Shown one piece after another: positions 45,721 to 55,029 of a DNA stretch of 64,000 nucleotides. Each line of letters starts with the position of its first letter. Position 1 is the stretch's first letter. Both the position numbers and the translations under genes were made by a program. Source of the DNA: Candidatus Woesebacteria bacterium (lineage in GTDB: Bacteria; Patescibacteriota; Saccharimonadia; Saccharimonadales; EFPC-124); NCBI GenBank assembly GCA_050115675.1, contig JASFQB010000001.1:1352-65351 (forward strand), read 5' to 3'. A model generated the notes under the pieces. It had not been told where the DNA came from. It ran no database searches and saw only the letters and a list, made by a program, of their open reading frames with translations.

Positions 45721-46068
45721 ATGGATAATGCAGCAAACTTTATCCGGATGAAGTTCAGAGAGTTTCCGGAGCGTGTTGATGTTGATGAGAAAGACGAGCC
45801 AGTACTTGAACGAAGGAGATATCTTGAGTTTAGTGAGAGAGAGGGAGGTCCTTTCTCTGAAGTTATTAAGATCGGATTTTTGAGTCACCCTAATTCATCG
45901 ACTCCCAAAAAAGAAGCCCCATATATTGATAGCAATAAACACAGGTTGTGTATCGTTGATGAAAGCGTAAAAAGTGTCTTCGGGGGTGATTTCTACGATC
46001 CAGATTTTGTCACCCAAACAATTAAAAAAATTGAGAACAAAGAACCAGATGTGGTGCATAAAACATGA
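45721..46068 (+). CDS. Hypothetical protein (115 aa) embedded between dnaK and dnaJ
   Basis: Starts 2 nt after the dnaK stop and ends in an ATGA overlap with dnaJ. No motif recognised. Confidence 0.55.
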   Translation: MDNAANFIRMKFREFPERVDVDEKDEPVLERRRYLEFSEREGGPFSEVIKIGFLSHPNSSTPKKEAPYIDSNKHRLCIVDESVKSVFGGDFYDPDFVTQTIKKIENKEPDVVHKT

Positions 46069-47165
46069 CAAAACGCGATTACTACGATGTACTAGGAATC
46101 TCTAAAGGCGCTTCGCAAGATGAGATTAAGAAGGCTTTTCGCAAGCTGGCTGTTAAGCATCATCCAGACAAAGAGGGTGGTGATGAGTCTAAGTTTAAAG
46201 AGATAAACGAAGCTTACGAAGTTTTAAAAGATGATTCTAAGCGTCAGCGTTACGACCAATTTGGCCATGCTGGTGTTGGTGGGGACGCTGGCGCTGGCGG
46301 TAATCCTTTTGGTGGTTTTGGCGGCCAGGGTCAAAATGTTCACTTTGATTTTGGCGATCTTGGTTTGGGCGACATTTTTGGCAGCTTTTTTGGCAGCCAA
46401 GGTGGCGCGAGACGCGGTGCATCAAACAGGGGTAGAGACCTTAGCGTAGACCTAGCTCTAAACTTTGAAGAAGCGGTTTTTGGCGCAGAAAAAGAAATTA
46501 GCTTAAGCTTAAATACTCCTTGCCATCATTGCAAGGGAACCACTGCAGAGCCTGGTCACGATCTTAAAACTTGCTCAACCTGTAAAGGTGCTGGCCAAAC
46601 TAACCAAGTTGTTAATACAATTTTTGGGCCAATTCAGCAAGCCGTGGTTTGTCCAACTTGCAAAGGCAAGGGTAAAGTTCCAGAAAAAGTCTGCACGGTT
46701 TGCCGCGGCAAGGGCGTAGAAAGAAAACCTCAAGACATAACTCTTAAAATTCCTGCTGGCGTGGACGACGGAACAACAATTAGACTTAATGGTCGCGGTG
46801 ATGCAATTGCTCAGGGCGAAAACGGCGATTTGTATGTAAACTTAAGAGTAAGACCACACAAAAAGTTTACGCGCGAGGGCGATATAATTTTGTCTGAAGA
46901 GCATATTGACATGGTAGATGCAGCTCTTGGGACCACAATAGAAGTTGATACTGTTGATGGTCCGTTAAGCATGAAAATTCCTGCTGGAACTCAAAGCAAT
47001 ACAGACTTTAAACTGTCGGGTCACGGCGTGCCGCACTTGCGCAGTAGTGTGCGTGGTGCGCAAATTGTAACTGTAAAAATTGATATTCCAACTAAATTAA
47101 GCAAAAAACAAAAAGAGTTACTAGAAGAATTTAAAGGCAGCCCGAGCAAAAAACATTTTTGGTAA
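46065..47165 (+). CDS. dnaJ: Co-chaperone DnaJ
   Basis: J domain with HPD, a Gly-rich linker and four CxxCxG zinc-finger repeats. Confidence 0.97.
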   Translation: MTKRDYYDVLGISKGASQDEIKKAFRKLAVKHHPDKEGGDESKFKEINEAYEVLKDDSKRQRYDQFGHAGVGGDAGAGGNPFGGFGGQGQNVHFDFGDLGLGDIFGSFFGSQGGARRGASNRGRDLSVDLALNFEEAVFGAEKEISLSLNTPCHHCKGTTAEPGHDLKTCSTCKGAGQTNQVVNTIFGPIQQAVVCPTCKGKGKVPEKVCTVCRGKGVERKPQDITLKIPAGVDDGTTIRLNGRGDAIAQGENGDLYVNLRVRPHKKFTREGDIILSEEHIDMVDAALGTTIEVDTVDGPLSMKIPAGTQSNTDFKLSGHGVPHLRSSVRGAQIVTVKIDIPTKLSKKQKELLEEFKGSPSKKHFW

Positions 47166-47226
47166 AAAATACTTGGTTTGATATAGAATAAAAGTGGATT
47201 GTTGAGCTACGAAAGGGCGGTTTGGT

Positions 47227-48048
47227 GTGTCTATCGAAGAATACTATCGTACAGATGATACTGCCGAAGGTAAAATTATTACCGTTCTGGATCCATCCAG
47301 CGGCAGCCCACTTTTGTCAAATATCCCACCGTATTGTTTAATGCAAGATCCAAGGCTTAAGATTGGTGCGGATTTTTTAAGTAAAATCGGCAGGCGTTTA
47401 ACAATTAACTTGGTTCTTTCAACGCATGGAGCGTCAACAGATATGGCGTGCGTCATTAATCAACGTCCAGAAGCTTTTAGCGGAATTGTTCCGTTTTGCG
47501 GTGTTGAGACGGATTGGAAATCTGATGGTTCTGATTTTCCGTCAGGCCCTAGTGTGATTTTTGCAGCTGGATCTCAAGGTCGTAAAGAGTTTCAAGCTGC
47601 ACAGCTAAAATGGCTTGACGAGCAGCATATCGCGCCGTTGCCTTGCGAGTATGAAGAAACAAGGCCAACAGAGCTATCAAAACACCTTAACTATCTTTTG
47701 AGCGTTTACTCAAGTGCTGGTAAAGATTCTTTGCCGCAAAAACGTGACTCCGCGATTGCACTAGGCGTATATCAGGCGATTCGTCACTGGATTATGCCTA
47801 TGCAGCTTGGATATTGGTTGAGTCGACTAGATATCGCAGGTGCTTTGCCAAAAACATCGCCAATGTATGTTCCGCTTATTTTGGGGAGCTGGCATGCTCC
47901 AACTGAGTTTAAGATTGGGCGGTTGGGCGCGAATGCTTTGACGTATCGTGTAGTCACCGGAAACGAATGTGGCTCTGGTAGCTCGTTTATGAAACTTGTC
48001 AAAACCGGTTGTTTGCCAGAATCTGACATCATGAATCTGTTGACTTAA
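47227..48048 (+). CDS. Hypothetical protein (273 aa), GC-elevated
   Basis: GTG start after AAGGG. A terminator hairpin lies at 48054-48080. Confidence 0.5.
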   Translation: MSIEEYYRTDDTAEGKIITVLDPSSGSPLLSNIPPYCLMQDPRLKIGADFLSKIGRRLTINLVLSTHGASTDMACVINQRPEAFSGIVPFCGVETDWKSDGSDFPSGPSVIFAAGSQGRKEFQAAQLKWLDEQHIAPLPCEYEETRPTELSKHLNYLLSVYSSAGKDSLPQKRDSAIALGVYQAIRHWIMPMQLGYWLSRLDIAGALPKTSPMYVPLILGSWHAPTEFKIGRLGANALTYRVVTGNECGSGSSFMKLVKTGCLPESDIMNLLT

Positions 48049-48087
48049 TTAATATGGCCCACTCATCATGAGCGGGCCATATGACTA

Positions 48088-48852
48088 CTAAATCGTAAAA
48101 GTGCCGCAGCTAGGCGTTAGTATCGCATTGCGTATGCCGCGTTTAGTTCTGGTTAGCCTGTGAACGAAGTTGTCTTTAGCGCTCAAAACCTTTGCCGTTC
48201 TGCCTATGACTTGCAGTGCGGCATGATTGTCGATTCCCCAGCCAATGTAGTTCTGCTCTCTGGTAAAAAGCATTTGCGCAAAAGCGCTGCTGCGTCTTTC
48301 TTTTGTTTGGGGGTGCAGCGTGTTGTAATGTGGGCAGGCTAAGCTGTTGAATAGTCCTAGTGCTTCAACTTCGCAATACTGCCAAGGCTGGTTGCTGTCG
48401 ACATCGTAGCTGTCGCTATCGCTGCAGCCTCCTGTAAACCATGCCAGCGCCCCAGCGCTAATCCCGCAAGCAACAACCGTGCCGGCACAAACGCGCTGCG
48501 ACAAGATGGCGCTAATGCCAGATTCTACCCAAATCCTTACAGCGTGTCTTGTGTCGCCTCCAGAAATATAGATCATATCTGCCCATTGCATAAGTCGACA
48601 TGTCCTTTTAATGCTGGGCCGCTTGTCGAATGGGTGAAGTACCTCAACGTTAAGACCGGATTTGCGTTCGTATAACTCGGTGAAGTTGTAAATCGCAAGG
48701 TCGTAGGCGTCTTGGGTGCGCTTTGGGGTCGGTATGTAAAGGACTCTTGGCCTCTGTTTGCCCGTCATGTCTAAGGCGGTGTTAACGTGCATGCTACAAT
48801 TGCTAGCCGGGTTGCCTCCACCAATGGCCACAAGGCGCATATTGTTAGTCAT
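48088..48852 (-). CDS. Peptidase S51 family (dipeptidase E / cyanophycinase-like)
   Basis: VAIGGGN, YISGGDT and the nucleophile region CGISAGA. Confidence 0.7.
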   Translation of the reverse strand: MTNNMRLVAIGGGNPASNCSMHVNTALDMTGKQRPRVLYIPTPKRTQDAYDLAIYNFTELYERKSGLNVEVLHPFDKRPSIKRTCRLMQWADMIYISGGDTRHAVRIWVESGISAILSQRVCAGTVVACGISAGALAWFTGGCSDSDSYDVDSNQPWQYCEVEALGLFNSLACPHYNTLHPQTKERRSSAFAQMLFTREQNYIGWGIDNHAALQVIGRTAKVLSAKDNFVHRLTRTKRGIRNAILTPSCGTFTI

Positions 48853-48962
48853 GATGCATACCTTACCATAGTTAAAGCGGTGTGTAAATGGCCTAAAGTT
48901 GATTAATGCTGGTTAATATGTTATAGTTATTAATAATAACTATTTACACAAAAAGGTTTTGC

Positions 48963-49898
48963 ATGCTAAAAATGACTAGCCAACTTATTTTTGATGAACT
49001 TGCTTCCCGTGGCATTGCAGTAGAAGTGTTTGATTTGCAGGCAGGCATTTTGCGATATAGGCACAATAACAGATGGCATTATATATTTAGTAGTCGCCCA
49101 GAAAGCACAAGCGCAATTGGTGCAAAAATTTGTGACGAAAAAAACCTGACCACAAAACTTGCTATTGATCTTGGTGTGTTATCGCCAGCAACTTTGTTTT
49201 ATAGCGATGTATTGACGGCAAAAGATTTTTTAAGTAAGCACAAAATTATTGTTGTAAAGCCTTTGGATGCTTCGCATGGCAATGGCATTACTGTAAATGT
49301 TAAGACCGAGGAAGGCCTAAAAAATGCCTGTAATGTTGCAAGTGCAGCAAGCGAAACAGGTCAGATTATTTTACAGCAGCAGGTAACTGGTGACGATCTG
49401 CGCGTTTTAGTGATAGGTGGTAAATATGTGGCAGCCTGCCAAAGAATTCCAGCGCGAGTTTTTGGTAACGGTAAAAGCACGATTTTGCAACTAATTGAGC
49501 ACGAAAACCAAACAAACTCTTTGCGTGATTATGATTATAAAAATCAGCTAAATGTAATTGATTTAGGTGCTGCAAAGCGTTATTTAAAAGATCAAATAAA
49601 TAGCATTCCAGCAGATGGGCAAGAGGTCAGGGTGGTAGGCACGGCTAATATGGGTACTGGCGGTGAAGCTATTGATATCACAAACACGTTGCCAAGCCAA
49701 ATAATTAAAGACGCCGAAAAACTAGCCCAAGCTCTTAAAATTACTGCCTGTGGCGTTGATTTTATGTATAATTCAAAAACTCAAGAGTATAACTTTATTG
49801 AGGCAAATAGCACCCCAAGCTTTGGCCTGCACGAAAACCCAACACATGGTCAGGCTCAGCCAGTTACAAAGCGGTTTGTAGAGTACATTTTAAGTTAA
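48963..49898 (+). CDS. ATP-grasp ligase resembling the ATP-grasp (G) domain of cyanophycin synthetase / GshAB
   Basis: VVKPLDASHGNGITVNV, RIPARVFGNGKSTILQLIEHENQ, ANMGTGGEAIDIT and IEANSTPSFGLHENP parallel the CphA G-domain pattern. No Mur-ligase-like M domain is present. Confidence 0.7.
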   Translation: MLKMTSQLIFDELASRGIAVEVFDLQAGILRYRHNNRWHYIFSSRPESTSAIGAKICDEKNLTTKLAIDLGVLSPATLFYSDVLTAKDFLSKHKIIVVKPLDASHGNGITVNVKTEEGLKNACNVASAASETGQIILQQQVTGDDLRVLVIGGKYVAACQRIPARVFGNGKSTILQLIEHENQTNSLRDYDYKNQLNVIDLGAAKRYLKDQINSIPADGQEVRVVGTANMGTGGEAIDITNTLPSQIIKDAEKLAQALKITACGVDFMYNSKTQEYNFIEANSTPSFGLHENPTHGQAQPVTKRFVEYILS

Positions 49899-49987
49899 AG
49901 TGTTATAAAAGCGCCAACTAAAAAGCAGCTGTTAAAAGGTATATTGACTATTTGGCCAGGTTGACGTACACTCTATAAACAGTCAGA

Positions 49988-50096
49988 TTTGCTGGCGCCT
50001 CGCCTAGAGTCAAAGTGGCTCTAGCTAATCGAGAGGGTGTGGTTAAGCGGGGCTTATTAGCTTCATTGCCAACGACGGAATCCTTGGCGCTGCAAA
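49988..50096 (+). promoter_or_regulatory. Candidate structured 5' leader (three-helix junction; riboswitch- or attenuator-like, class unknown)
   Basis: A closing helix pairs TTTGCTGGCGCC (49988-49999) with GGCGCTGCAAA (50086-96). Internal hairpins are CTAGAG/CTCTAG (50004-50024) and GCTAAT/ATTAGC (50024-50061). A TTGACT-17-TACACT promoter lies at ~49946-49974. Confidence 0.35.
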
Positions 50097-50139
50097 GCAT
50101 CAGATCAATGCGTATGTTGATAGGCATACAACTGCGAGT

Positions 50140-50427
50140 ATGCGATACCTAACCCCGCGACAGACTTGCTTTTTGCTCGACAAATATAATTTTGGGAATG
50201 GACTTGCTCCTATGAACAGAGGTAGAAGCAGGTTTACGACGCCGATTCATGCGATGCTTGATGACGGCAGGGAAGTTGCTGTTGCCTTTGGAATTGGAGC
50301 GTGTCATGGCCAGACGCTAATTGCACGCGGCTATCTAGGTCAAGAGCAGTTTTATGCACATCGGAGCGGACATGACCACTATGGTCCCAATGGCGAACTC
50401 TATGGAGATCGAGGCTGCATAGACTGA
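50140..50427 (+). CDS. Hypothetical protein (95 aa), GC-elevated; coding status uncertain
   Basis: ORF without an obvious SD. A terminator hairpin at ~50434-50464 follows. Confidence 0.35.
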   Translation: MRYLTPRQTCFLLDKYNFGNGLAPMNRGRSRFTTPIHAMLDDGREVAVAFGIGACHGQTLIARGYLGQEQFYAHRSGHDHYGPNGELYGDRGCID

Positions 50428-50488
50428 AAGACGGGGGTGGATGTTTTGTCCACCCCTCATTTATAAAATAACATGATAAAGTAATGAC

Positions 50489-50980
50489 ATGCATGAGTCA
50501 TCTAAAGATAGCTACGATAAGCCAATTAGCCATCTACTTACTGCCCAACTTGGTTTGGCAGAAGGCTTAATGATTGCGGCAGAGACTGCGGCAAAAAATA
50601 AAGACGTTGACACTATTAGCGATTTGATTGATTATTTGATTAGCTCGGTTTTTATTTTAGATTATATCGAGATTGATTTTGTAACTTTTATGAGGGAGTA
50701 CTTTGATACTCTTATTAATTGTGTCAAAAATGATCTTGACCCTATTAGAGATAAAGAGACGATGCGCGCACGCAATGTTGTGGTAGAAGATATGATAGAG
50801 GCTGCAGCCAGATACGATGACCCAACATATACCTTATGGTCGTCTCCGGACGAGTATAATGGGCTGTTGGCCAACTTTGAGCTTAACCAGGCAACATTGA
50901 GCAGGCCATATAAAGATCTTGCCTCGGAGGTGGCAAAAAAACCAAGCAAAAAAATGCTATGGTTTTTTGGTAAAAAATAG
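50489..50980 (+). CDS. Hypothetical protein (163 aa)
   Basis: ORF only; predicted helical. Confidence 0.45.
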   Translation: MHESSKDSYDKPISHLLTAQLGLAEGLMIAAETAAKNKDVDTISDLIDYLISSVFILDYIEIDFVTFMREYFDTLINCVKNDLDPIRDKETMRARNVVVEDMIEAAARYDDPTYTLWSSPDEYNGLLANFELNQATLSRPYKDLASEVAKKPSKKMLWFFGKK

Positions 50981-50985
50981 GCTAT

Positions 50986-52215
50986 TTACGGTTTCGTCAC
51001 AACATGTACATGCTTATTAACAAAGTCTAAATCTTTGTTAAATTGCTCTGCATCGCTGTTGTGTAGTACAACAATTGCGCACATTTTGTAGCCGTCTGCC
51101 GCTTTGCCAACAAAATCTCCTTGGCTGGCTTTTGGTATTAAATTGTTTAGCGACGGTAGTTTTAATAACTTGTCTTCGCCTGCTATGCCTACAAAAAATC
51201 CTGGATTTTTAGGAAACAGCTCTAATACTGCGCAAGACTCGTTTTTAGATGCAGTAACTTGAGGATCTTTACCCATAGCCAAAGCTATAGCTGCACCGTC
51301 AATGTCTAGCCCGTTTGCCAGTTTGTGCATGCGTTCTCGGTATCCACCGTTGCGGGCGCCAATTTCTACGATGCGCGGGCCATCTTTGGTTATAATTATT
51401 TCTATATGGGCAGGTGAGTTTTTCATACCCAAAGCTTTAACGCCAAGTTCTGCACATTTTTTAAACGCTTTTTGGTCTGTGGCACTTAATTTGCTTGGGA
51501 GCAATCTGCTGTAATGAAAATTGTCGTTGTAGCCTATATCGTAGCCAGTTTGGTAATCTACTATGTGATCTAAGATGTGTGGGATGCCATCGTCACCCGT
51601 AAAGGCGTCAACAGAGTGCACAGAACCTTCTAAAAACTCTTCGATAAGCATTCGTGGTTTGCGATGAGGCGCATATTTAGAGTAAATTGCATCTATTTGG
51701 CTAATAGATCGTTCGTAGTTACCCAAAAGCTCCTCGATGTCATGATTTTTTGTAACTAAAAGGCTTTTTGCCAGGTTTGCGGGCTTTAAAATTAGCGGAA
51801 AGCTGTGTGTATTGGCAAAATTAATTACATCTGCTTGGCTATCTATAAGCGCAAAATCAGGACTGATTTTTTGTGGAGCTTTTGCAAACAGGTTACGCAT
51901 TAAAAATTTATCCGTACAGGCCCCTATGCTTTTAATTGGCATGCCTGGCAAGTTAAGATGTTCTGCAATCCAGGCTGCGGGCAGGGCGTAATTTTCGTAG
52001 GTGTTTACTATAAAATCAACTGGTTTTTTGATAGAATCAACAGCTGCAAGGATGCTTTGTTTGCTGGAAAAATCACAAACAACCCTTCTTTTAAAACGCT
52101 TATGAGGAGATTTAGCTTTAAGCGCGTCTTTTAACAGAATATAATCATAATCGTTACCTTTTAAATAGCTCATTAAGCCACTAAAACCGCTACCAACAAT
52201 TAACGCTCGTGCCAT
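50986..52215 (-). CDS. ATP-grasp domain protein (L-amino-acid-ligase-like, ATP-grasp_4 type)
   Basis: 409 aa with FPLILKPANLAKS, LIEEFLEG and the IVEIGARNGG motifs of the ATP-grasp fold. Confidence 0.7.
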   Translation of the reverse strand: MARALIVGSGFSGLMSYLKGNDYDYILLKDALKAKSPHKRFKRRVVCDFSSKQSILAAVDSIKKPVDFIVNTYENYALPAAWIAEHLNLPGMPIKSIGACTDKFLMRNLFAKAPQKISPDFALIDSQADVINFANTHSFPLILKPANLAKSLLVTKNHDIEELLGNYERSISQIDAIYSKYAPHRKPRMLIEEFLEGSVHSVDAFTGDDGIPHILDHIVDYQTGYDIGYNDNFHYSRLLPSKLSATDQKAFKKCAELGVKALGMKNSPAHIEIIITKDGPRIVEIGARNGGYRERMHKLANGLDIDGAAIALAMGKDPQVTASKNESCAVLELFPKNPGFFVGIAGEDKLLKLPSLNNLIPKASQGDFVGKAADGYKMCAIVVLHNSDAEQFNKDLDFVNKHVHVVTKP

Positions 52216-52300
52216 GGTACTTGAAAAATATCCCTTTTTATGCTATATTAAGTCTACTTCTGTATGGTAATGCAATTATAACGTATTGTAAAGAATAAAT

Positions 52301-52795
52301 ATGTCTAGACGAGATTTTCACAAAGTAATTATTGGACGATCAGAATCACTTAGCTTTGTTGGCCACGATATTGTTGGCGTTCCAGCAAAGACCGACACTG
52401 GTGCCTACAGATCTGCTGTTCATGCAAGTGATATTAAGCTTAACCCTAAAACGGGCTTGCTTTCTTTTGTGTTGCTTGGCAACCATCCAGTTTGTGGTAA
52501 TATGAGCACAAAGACCGAGGTTAAAAGCTTTAAGAAGGTATCTATCGAAAACTCTTTTGGGCACTCAGAAGAGCGATACGAAGTAAAACTTAAAGTCAAA
52601 CTTGGTCCAAAGGTCTTTATGGCTCGTTTTACTTTGGCCGATCGCAGCAAAAAGATTTACCCAATTTTACTTGGGCGTAAGCTGCTAAACGATCGCTTTT
52701 TGGTCGATTCAGCCGAATCGGCAATTAATCGCGTAATGTTGCGTGAGCGATACAGCGTGGCATTTCCTGATGACGAAGAAGAAAGGCGGGAATAA
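52301..52795 (+). CDS. RimK-associated retropepsin-like protease (DUF785, annotated as 'ATP-dependent zinc protease', RimB-like)
   Basis: AKTDTGAYRSAVHA and TLADRSKKIYPILLGRKLL..RFLVD; directly upstream of rimK. Confidence 0.7.
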   Translation: MSRRDFHKVIIGRSESLSFVGHDIVGVPAKTDTGAYRSAVHASDIKLNPKTGLLSFVLLGNHPVCGNMSTKTEVKSFKKVSIENSFGHSEERYEVKLKVKLGPKVFMARFTLADRSKKIYPILLGRKLLNDRFLVDSAESAINRVMLRERYSVAFPDDEEERRE

Positions 52796-52797
52796 AA

Positions 52798-53703
52798 ATG
52801 AAAATTGCAATCTTATCACGTGGTCCAGGCAACTATACTACAAAACGCCTTAAAGAAGAGGCTGTTAAGCGTGGTCACGAAGTAAAAGTTATTAGTTATA
52901 CTAAATGCTATGTTGGCATAGAGTCTAGTCACCCCGTCGTGCGCTACGAAGGTAAAGACCTTGAGGGCTTTGATGCAATTATTCCAAGGATTGCGCAGTC
53001 TTACACGCGCTATGGTACGGCTATCGCTCGCCAATTTGAGATGCAAGGCGTTTATAGTACCGCTAGCTCTATTGCTATTGCTCGCTCCAGGGACAAGCTG
53101 CGTTCTATGCAGGTTTTGGCACGAGCTGGGGTTGGTATTCCAAAAACTCTTATCGCTAACGAAACTTATCAGTACGATGACCTTATTCAGCAGGCAGGTG
53201 GTGCGCCCTTAATTATTAAAGTTGCACGCGGCACACATGGTAACGGCGTAGTTTTAGCCGAAACCGCCAAAGCAGCCAAGGCTGTAATGCAGGCGTTTTA
53301 CGTAGAAAATGTAAGCTTTTTTGTGCAAGAGTTTGTAAAAGAGTCCATGGGTACGGATATTCGTGCAATTGTTGTTGGCAACAAAGTCGTTGCAAGTGTT
53401 CAGAGGCAAAGCTTAGATGACGATTTTAGGTCAAATACTCATCAGGGTGGAGTTGCTAAGCCAATTAAATTGTCTGAAGAAGAGCGCCAAACGGCCATAA
53501 AAGCTGCAAAAGCCATGGGCTTGCCAGTTTGTGGTGTAGACATGATGCGATCGTCCAGAGGGTCGCTGGTACTAGAGGTCAATTCCTCGGCTAGCTTTAG
53601 GGCTCCAGAAACCATGACCAGCCGAAACGTGGCTGTAAAAGTCATAGAATATATAGAGCAAAACGCCAAGAGGCGCAACAAAAAAGATCGCGTTGGTGCT
53701 TAA
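52798..53703 (+). CDS. rimK: Ribosomal protein S6--L-glutamate ligase RimK (ATP-grasp)
   Basis: MKIAILSR..., IIKVARGTHGNGV, FVQEF, and the GVDMM...LEVNSS pattern. Confidence 0.85.
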   Translation: MKIAILSRGPGNYTTKRLKEEAVKRGHEVKVISYTKCYVGIESSHPVVRYEGKDLEGFDAIIPRIAQSYTRYGTAIARQFEMQGVYSTASSIAIARSRDKLRSMQVLARAGVGIPKTLIANETYQYDDLIQQAGGAPLIIKVARGTHGNGVVLAETAKAAKAVMQAFYVENVSFFVQEFVKESMGTDIRAIVVGNKVVASVQRQSLDDDFRSNTHQGGVAKPIKLSEEERQTAIKAAKAMGLPVCGVDMMRSSRGSLVLEVNSSASFRAPETMTSRNVAVKVIEYIEQNAKRRNKKDRVGA

Positions 53704-53726
53704 ATCTAAGTGTATAATTAAGCTTA

Positions 53727-54191
53727 GTGCAGGCAAATATTGATAAAAAAATCTTAAACATCGTTTTAGCAACTACGTTGTTAATGATTTTTGTTTGCTC
53801 GTTAATCTTTATAGTCAGCTTTTACGGCAGGTATAGCGCAGATGTATATATTGGGGGAGCCCAAGTTAAAGCAAAGGTGGCCGATGATGATGTTGAGCGG
53901 CAAAAGGGCTTGTCTGGCACTAATCAGCTTAATCAGGGTGACGGAATGTTATTTGTTTTTGATTATCCAGCAGATTGGCCGATATGGATGAAAGACATGA
54001 GGTATCCAATTGATATCGTATGGATGGACGAAGACAAAAAAGTGGTGGATGTGGCGGTTGAAGTATCCCCAGATAGTTACCCAGAGCAATTTGTGCCTAA
54101 AAAGGCTGCAAAATACGTTTTAGAATTGCCATCAGGCTTTGTAAAGCAATATAGCGTAGAAGTTAACACTATGGCAGCCTTTGCGTATTAA
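53727..54191 (+). CDS. DUF192 family protein (membrane-anchored)
   Basis: GLSG....GDGMLFVF......WMKDMRYPIDIVWMD motif. Confidence 0.7.
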   Translation: MQANIDKKILNIVLATTLLMIFVCSLIFIVSFYGRYSADVYIGGAQVKAKVADDDVERQKGLSGTNQLNQGDGMLFVFDYPADWPIWMKDMRYPIDIVWMDEDKKVVDVAVEVSPDSYPEQFVPKKAAKYVLELPSGFVKQYSVEVNTMAAFAY

Positions 54192-54220
54192 CTAAATGGC
54201 AAGTTTGTTATTATAGGCTT

Positions 54221-54697
54221 ATGAACGGACTAATTGTAATATCTGTTTTGCTGGTGGTGCTGTTTGCTGCTGCGTACTTTTCTAAGCGGCGTTTTGGCGC
54301 TTTGGGGTTGGCCTTGTGTGCGGGAGCTTTGCTTAGTAAAAGCTGGGCATCTATGTTAACTCCTATACTAGAGAGTTACGGTTTTTATGTGGATATGCCA
54401 CCGCTATCGGTTATTGTTACTGTTGGGTTGGTGCTTTTGCCGGCAATCGTATTGTTGTTTAGTGGTCCAAGCTACAAAACAGCAGCCGGTCAAATAGGGG
54501 GTGCTATAGCATTCGCTGTTTTTGCTTTTGTCTTAATAATGGATCCGTTGGGCGCGGCAATAAATTTTGACGGCATAACTTATAATATTTACAAAGTAGT
54601 TACAGATTACAGCACGCTGATAATCGCCGCTGCCATTTGCCTGGCCATTGGCGATATGCTGGTTGTAAGAACAAAGCACGGCAAACACGGAAAGTAA
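54221..54697 (+). CDS. Integral membrane protein (4-5 TM helices), function unknown
   Basis: Hydrophobic ORF. Confidence 0.55.
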   Translation: MNGLIVISVLLVVLFAAAYFSKRRFGALGLALCAGALLSKSWASMLTPILESYGFYVDMPPLSVIVTVGLVLLPAIVLLFSGPSYKTAAGQIGGAIAFAVFAFVLIMDPLGAAINFDGITYNIYKVVTDYSTLIIAAAICLAIGDMLVVRTKHGKHGK

Positions 54698-54788
54698 TAA
54701 CAATCGCTCCCGATCTGTTTATGGATGTTGTTGGCTGCAACCTATTGACAAAACGTCTGCAAAAGTGTAAATTACTACTGTTAGCTAT

Positions 54789-54865
54789 GGGTCCATAGCT
54801 CAGCCGGTTAGAGCACCTGCCTTTTAAGCAGGGTGTCCTGGGTTCGAGTCCCAGTGGACCCTCCA
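54789..54865 (+). tRNA. tRNA-Lys (anticodon TTT), CCA encoded
   Basis: Acceptor GGGTCCA/TGGACCC, anticodon stem CCTGC/GCAGG with loop CTTTTAA, and T arm CTGGG-TTCGAGT-CCCAG. Confidence 0.92.
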
Positions 54866-54899
54866 CGAAAAATACCTCATCGTAAGATGGGGTGTTTTT
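54845..54899 (+). repeat. Direct repeat copy 1: last 21 nt of tRNA-Lys (from mid T-loop) plus 34 nt including its terminator
   Basis: 55/55 identical to 55030-55084. Confidence 0.95.
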
Positions 54900-55029
54900 T
54901 CGTGAGAAGTTTAATAATGTGTCTCGAACCCAGGTGTTCTGGGTGAGAACTGCCAGCGGCAGTTCGCAAGAGAATCAACTCTTGAAAACTGGTTTTCAAA
55001 GATGTTGTTCTGGGGCCGCGGAACGTGGC
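54900..55029. other. 130-bp insert between the tRNA-Lys 3'-end direct repeats
   Basis: It carries an inverted exact 12-nt copy of the tRNA-Lys T-arm (54923-54934 versus 54837-54848). It also has a hairpin CCCAG-gtgtt-CTGGG (54929-54943) and an 8-bp hairpin GAACTGCC-agc-GGCAGTTC (54947-54965). No ORF is present. Confidence 0.85.

Noticed and set aside
49900-50465. tmRNA, RNase P RNA, SRP RNA or 6S RNA in the long non-coding or weakly coding stretch
   Set aside because: None of the universally conserved motifs I know are present. These include the tmRNA GGGG...acceptor/T-arm with a tag ORF, RNase P GAGGAAAGUCC, and the SRP GGAA/AGCA domain IV. The only T-run hairpin is a plain terminator.
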